54,017 bases of DNA from Octopus bimaculoides (Eukaryota): contig NC_068981.1 in assembly GCF_001194135.2 (NCBI RefSeq), forward strand, positions 159,430,385 to 159,484,401, in the 5' to 3' direction. Numbering within the stretch: position 1 is the stretch's first letter; each line of letters opens with the position of its first letter. The notes beneath the pieces were generated by a model, which was not told the DNA's origin, did no database searches, and worked only from the letters and a program-made list of their open reading frames with translations. The position numbers and the translations under genes were made by a program. Positions 49,453 through 54,017 of this stretch are shown piece after piece.

Positions 49453-49974
49453 TTCAAACTTCTAATATTGATGACGGTTTTGTTGGCTTGGGGCTGGAAC
49501 AATGAAACGGGAAATTACATCACTTGAATCACTTCATTAAGAATTGGATCTTCAACATTACTCCAAGAACCAAGATGAGTTGCGAAATTAGATATTAGTC
49601 CTGCGGAATTACTTTCTAATTTTCTTTCTTCTTGTCACATATTTTCCATTCAATTTTGTTTATAACGTATGCCATCTTTTGAAAATGTTCTCTTTTTGTC
49701 AAGTGGCACGATGATGACTTTTGATCAAAGAGTGCATAAGTTCGTGTTTCATATCAGATTCTGTGCTATTATTTTTTCTTCGGAAACTCTTCCTTTTTGA
49801 CGACCGACATAAAATTTTATGAAAATTCTCAGAGAAGACAACTGGAAACCAGGCACAAGACTTTTCTTCAATTTCAATCAAAAAATCCTGGTCGAGACTG
49901 ATACTTGGAACGTGCTCACATTCTACCAATGCCAGTGTGTGGGAGGTATATATTTTCGTGAATGGGTTGCTGGT

Positions 49975-50450
49975 CATTATTGCTGTTTAGCTCCAGGTCA
50001 GGTCTAGAAGACCTATGAGAAGCTAGGCGTTTCACCATTTAGTATATTGCACATCGAAGAGTACATTGTCCAATGTTTCCTTCTTTTAAATCATTAAGGT
50101 AGAATTTGAAGGAGATTTAGCTATTTCTAACAGGTTGCGTAAATCCCATACACACTGCATCATCGGTTGGGTATGGAATGCTGGTTATTGTTGTTGTTGT
50201 TGATAGAGCAGATTTATGATAGAAATCATTCCAGACATGACCATCTTGTCTCTGTATATACAGGATTACATTTTCCAATGTGACATTTTCTTAATTGGTT
50301 TGGTCTGGTGAAGGGTTGTTTCCATAGTCTCCGAGGCAGGTGACATTGGCGTGGTTTATGTTTTTAGAAGACAGAATGTGGTTTTGAAGGAGATTTGCTA
50401 GCTACATCTAGCAGGTCGATCGCTCATATGCGTAGAAACTCCCTCGTTGT
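49975..50450 (-). repeat. Two adjacent family D copies (49975-50135 and 50180-50450)
   Basis: TTGCTGTTTAGCTCCAGGTCAG...GAAGGAGATTTAGCTATTTCTAACAGG and TTGTTGTTGTT...GAAGGAGATTTGCTAGCTACATCTAGCAGGTCG. Confidence 0.65.
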
Positions 50451-51581
50451 TTCGTAAAGTACTGAGTAACGGTAAGTCACAAATGCTTTGTAAAAAAAAT
50501 GTACCAGTCTTAGGGAGAAGACATCTTAAAACTTGTCTCAAAAACGTAACCAAAGCTGAGGGTGGAATTTATTTTCAAGCATCCACCAACCAAAAATAAG
50601 ATCTCCTGATTCAAGGGGACGACACAAATATTTAACAACAGCAACATTTAGCTATTCTTTATTTTAATATACACATTTCTAATAGCCTTAGATTAAAATA
50701 CCTGTGTACAACATTTATAATATCAACACAAACATGAGACGATACTAACTCTAAGATTTTTCTCAGAAACTTTTCACAGAGATGTGAAGGTTAAAAACAC
50801 AGGGCTTCACTCAGAATGCCGGTGGATCAGACATAGTGTTTTGATCTGATTTGCTCCCCTCAGTGACGAATATCTACCTTGATCGTTCTGAGACAACCAA
50901 ATCAGATCAAAACAGCGTTTGCATACACATTATAAATGTCATAGATACCGGTATTTTATTGTTTATCCATAATTTACAATTTTGTATTTTTGGTCTTTGT
51001 TTTTATCTCTTGCTATATATAAGAGGTATTATATACCTTTCTCAGTCTATCGTGGTTTACCAGCTTAAAATGATTAAATAAATAAATATCCATTTTGGTA
51101 TTCTTCGTCAGATTGGTTGATGGAATGTAATTTATAAAGCGACAAAAGGAAGCTGAATTATTGGCGCATACCAGAGGGAATTTCATGAGGTGAGTTATTT
51201 GGACAAAGTTGCCGTCAGGAACAGATAAGGCCAGTAAAGAGAGTGGATCAAGTAATTAAATCGTAAATAATTCATAGTGAGGTAATTCCACTACGATGTT
51301 TACATGCCGCAATTTCTTAAAAGCTTTGGTAATATTGAGTGTAATAGAATTGGTTTCTGCATGGTTTTATGAAGCTAATGACCATTCCCAAAGTATGTTC
51401 GAATTTTCGAATCCATTCTGATGAAAAGTGAAGAGAGAAATTGAGGATGTTATAAACGATGTTATAAATATTGCCTTCCATTAGCCTAGATTTGGGGGAA
51501 AAGGACAGGAGTTAACAACAGTAAGATGGGTCAACGAACTGTTGCCTGCTTTGACGTCTGCGACTAGTTTGCTCACTGTGT

Positions 51582-51623
<42 letters not shown>

Positions 51624-52115
51624 GTGCGTGCGTGCGCATGTGTGTGTGTCAGTGTGTGATCGTGCGCACGCGTGCGTGTGTAAAGAAGNNNNNNNNNNNN
51701 NNNNNNNNNNNNNNNNNNNNNNNNNNNNNNNNNNNNNNNNNNNNNNNNNNNNNNNNNNNNNNNNNNNNNNNNNNNNNNNNNNNNNNNNNNNNNNNNNNNN
51801 NNNNNNNNNNNNNNNNNNNNNNNNNNNNNNNNNNNNNNNNNNNNNNNNNNNNNNNNNNNNNNNNNNNNNNNNNNNNNNNNNNNNNNNAGACTATTTATTG
51901 GGTAAAAGAAAAAAACCATTGGATGGGAAAAAGTCGAAGGCAGCCCGTCAGATTCGAACCCCAGACTTTTTACGCCTAAGGAGTTCTGGATCTTTCTGTT
52001 TGGCTGCACTTTTTGAAGTTTTTCAAATTTGATGTATTGATGTAATTTTCTACCTTGAATCTCAGGGCCAAATCCACTTGTTCCAGAAAATATTTAAAAC
52101 AAAAATATTTAAAAC

Positions 52116-52299
52116 AGGCGTAGGCATGGTTGTGTGGTAAGAAGCTTGCTTACCAACCATATAGTTCTGGGTTCAGTCCCACTGCGTGGCACCTTGGACA
52201 AGTGCCTTCTACTATAGTCTCAGGCCGACCAAAGCCTTGTGAGTGGATTTGGTAGACGAAAACTGAAAGAAGCTCATTGTATAAATATATATTTATATA

Positions 52300-52334
<35 letters not shown>

Positions 52335-52545
52335 ATCTCCCATCACCGCTTGAAAACCGGTGTTGGTGTGTTTGTGTCCTCGTAGCTTAACGGTTCTGCA
52401 AAAGAGAACAATAAAATAATACCATTTCTTCAAAAGAAAAAAAGTAGTAGTGGAGTCGATTCATTCGACTAAAAATTCAAGGTTGTGCCCCAGCATGTCC
52501 GCAGTCTAGTAACTGAAACAAATAAAAGATGAAAAATAAAAGAGG
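52116..52545 (+). mobile_element. SINE family A, full length
   Basis: GGCGTAGGCATGGTTGTGTGGTAAGAAGCTTGC...GGTTCAGTCCCACTGCGTGGCACCTTGGACAAGTG...AACTGAAACAAATAAAAG. Confidence 0.92.
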
Positions 52546-52589
52546 TTTAAGGTTTGATAAATTTTATCCAGTCAAAAAGCAGGATTTGG

Positions 52590-53340
52590 AAGCTGTCATT
52601 TTGTGCGTGACGATAGCACGTGTTTTAATATGAAACTGTAAACAAATGAAATATTGGCGGAATTCTGCTTTACGCACGCCATATAACAGCTCATAATTAA
52701 AAAAAAATTTTTTTGAATTTTCAGAAAATTTTTGCGAATTTGTATTCTACACGCAGTAATTCATACGATTATGCAAAAAAAAAATTGCTGTGCGATTTAA
52801 GGCCTATTTGGCTGTTATTTTTTTAACACATCTCACGACTACCTCATACTTCATGTAATTTTTAGCATTTAATAAGCGAAAAATTACACCCATAAAGAAA
52901 ACGAATAAACATATTTTGTAGTTTTAAGCATTCAATAAACACCAAAGTTATCAACATATCTATCAAAACACAAACTGTAGTTCAGTTCGAAAAAAAGAGT
53001 AAATAGCACATTACAAATGAAATATGAAAATATCAAACTTATCAAAATATCAAACTTAACAAAATATTTATCAAAAAACACAATCACTATGTAGTCCGGT
53101 TCATGACAAACCAAAGTTTGCAATGCACTCAAGTAATTGTTTAAACAATCTTCATATCTCCTGCGCCGGGTGCCATGTATCTTTTCTCACTGACACAGAG
53201 TTCTTGCGTCCTTTGCAGGAGCACTGTTAGTAAATGTTCCGACCACGAATTGTCTTGTTTGAAAACAGCGTAAACACACATGGTTTAGCGAAAATATCAA
53301 TTTGTAAACACACGTCCTTTTAATGCTTGGCCTGTTACTA
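52590..53340. repeat. Unclassified AT-rich segment resembling a non-autonomous DNA transposon
   Basis: Composition and A/T-tract motifs are typical of such elements; no TIR pair or TSD was resolved. Confidence 0.25.
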
Positions 53341-54017
53341 TGGAAACAAGCACCTACATGTCTGTGAATTTTGGCTGGCTAAAATGACCAAAAACTTGGA
53401 AACTTTAAAAGCTATTAACTCTTTATTATCGATTTACGTCGAAAATGAATTTCATGTCAATAATTACCATACAAAACTACATCAATACACCAAATATGAA
53501 ATCAATTGGAACAAAATTGAAGAAACCAAAGATCTGGGTTTTTAGCCTTGATGCTGTTATTTATAGGTTTGTCCACTGAGTTCCACTGTTAGAAATATAC
53601 TTTACACCCCGACGAAGTTTCTCGATTTTTATAATGTAAATATCTTCAGTACACTGTTTGAAAATAACACTGCACTTGCTAGTGGCGAGCAAAAATTTTG
53701 AAAGATCCTTTACTCATTTAGCTTCAAGTTACACTTGGCTACGGCAGGTAAAGAACTAAGAGCATCAGCGGTAGTGTCAAACGTAAGCACCAATCCATAT
53801 TGATTCAAGATGAAGTAGAACTGTTCATGGTACTTTAGTGGTATAGGAGGTATATAATTTGTAGATTATACGTGGGTTGGTGAATAATTATTATGTGACG
53901 ACAGATGATGCGAGAAAACGCTTAATCCGTCAAGGTTTTGGATACAGGAAAATTGATAATGTAGACAAATAGATATATGTATGCATGTATATATGCATAT
54001 ATATATATATATATATA

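Noticed and set aside
48096-49469. CRISPR-like repeat-spacer geometry
   Set aside because: The long units are homologous SINEs, not unique spacers; the DNA is eukaryotic and there are no cas genes. Kept only as a SINE-stack finding.
51112-51189. 78-nt segment with a good acceptor (TTCTTCGTCAG) and donor (AG/GTGAGT)
   Set aside because: Stops in all three frames and no supporting neighbouring exons; at most a non-coding exon, which cannot be supported from sequence alone.
53400-53960. Possible Harbinger/ISL2EU transposase remnant (DEVELFMVL*WYRRY)
   Set aside because: A single short motif among many stops; insufficient evidence without a profile search.

Overview
AT-rich, microsatellite-dense eukaryotic DNA with 11 N-gaps, most of them flanked by simple repeats as in a short-read assembly. 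The SINE families and repeat landscape resemble an octopod (Octopus) genome; this is inferred from recognised repeats, not from a search. I found no intact protein-coding, tRNA or rRNA gene and no CRISPR array. Almost all ORF-track entries are microsatellite or N-gap artefacts. The window is a transposon graveyard: three tRNA-derived SINE families, a frequent (AAC)n-tailed dispersed repeat, decayed RTE and CR1-type LINE fragments, two mariner relics, three hAT transposase relics, several MITEs, Penelope-like tails with minimal hammerhead-like motifs, and a young non-autonomous LTR element. The most unusual structure is a head-to-tail stack of six SINEs with different 3' ends and ages at 48.1-49.5 kb. 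A reiterated ~17-bp motif lies between most of them, suggesting repeated insertion at one self-regenerating target site.
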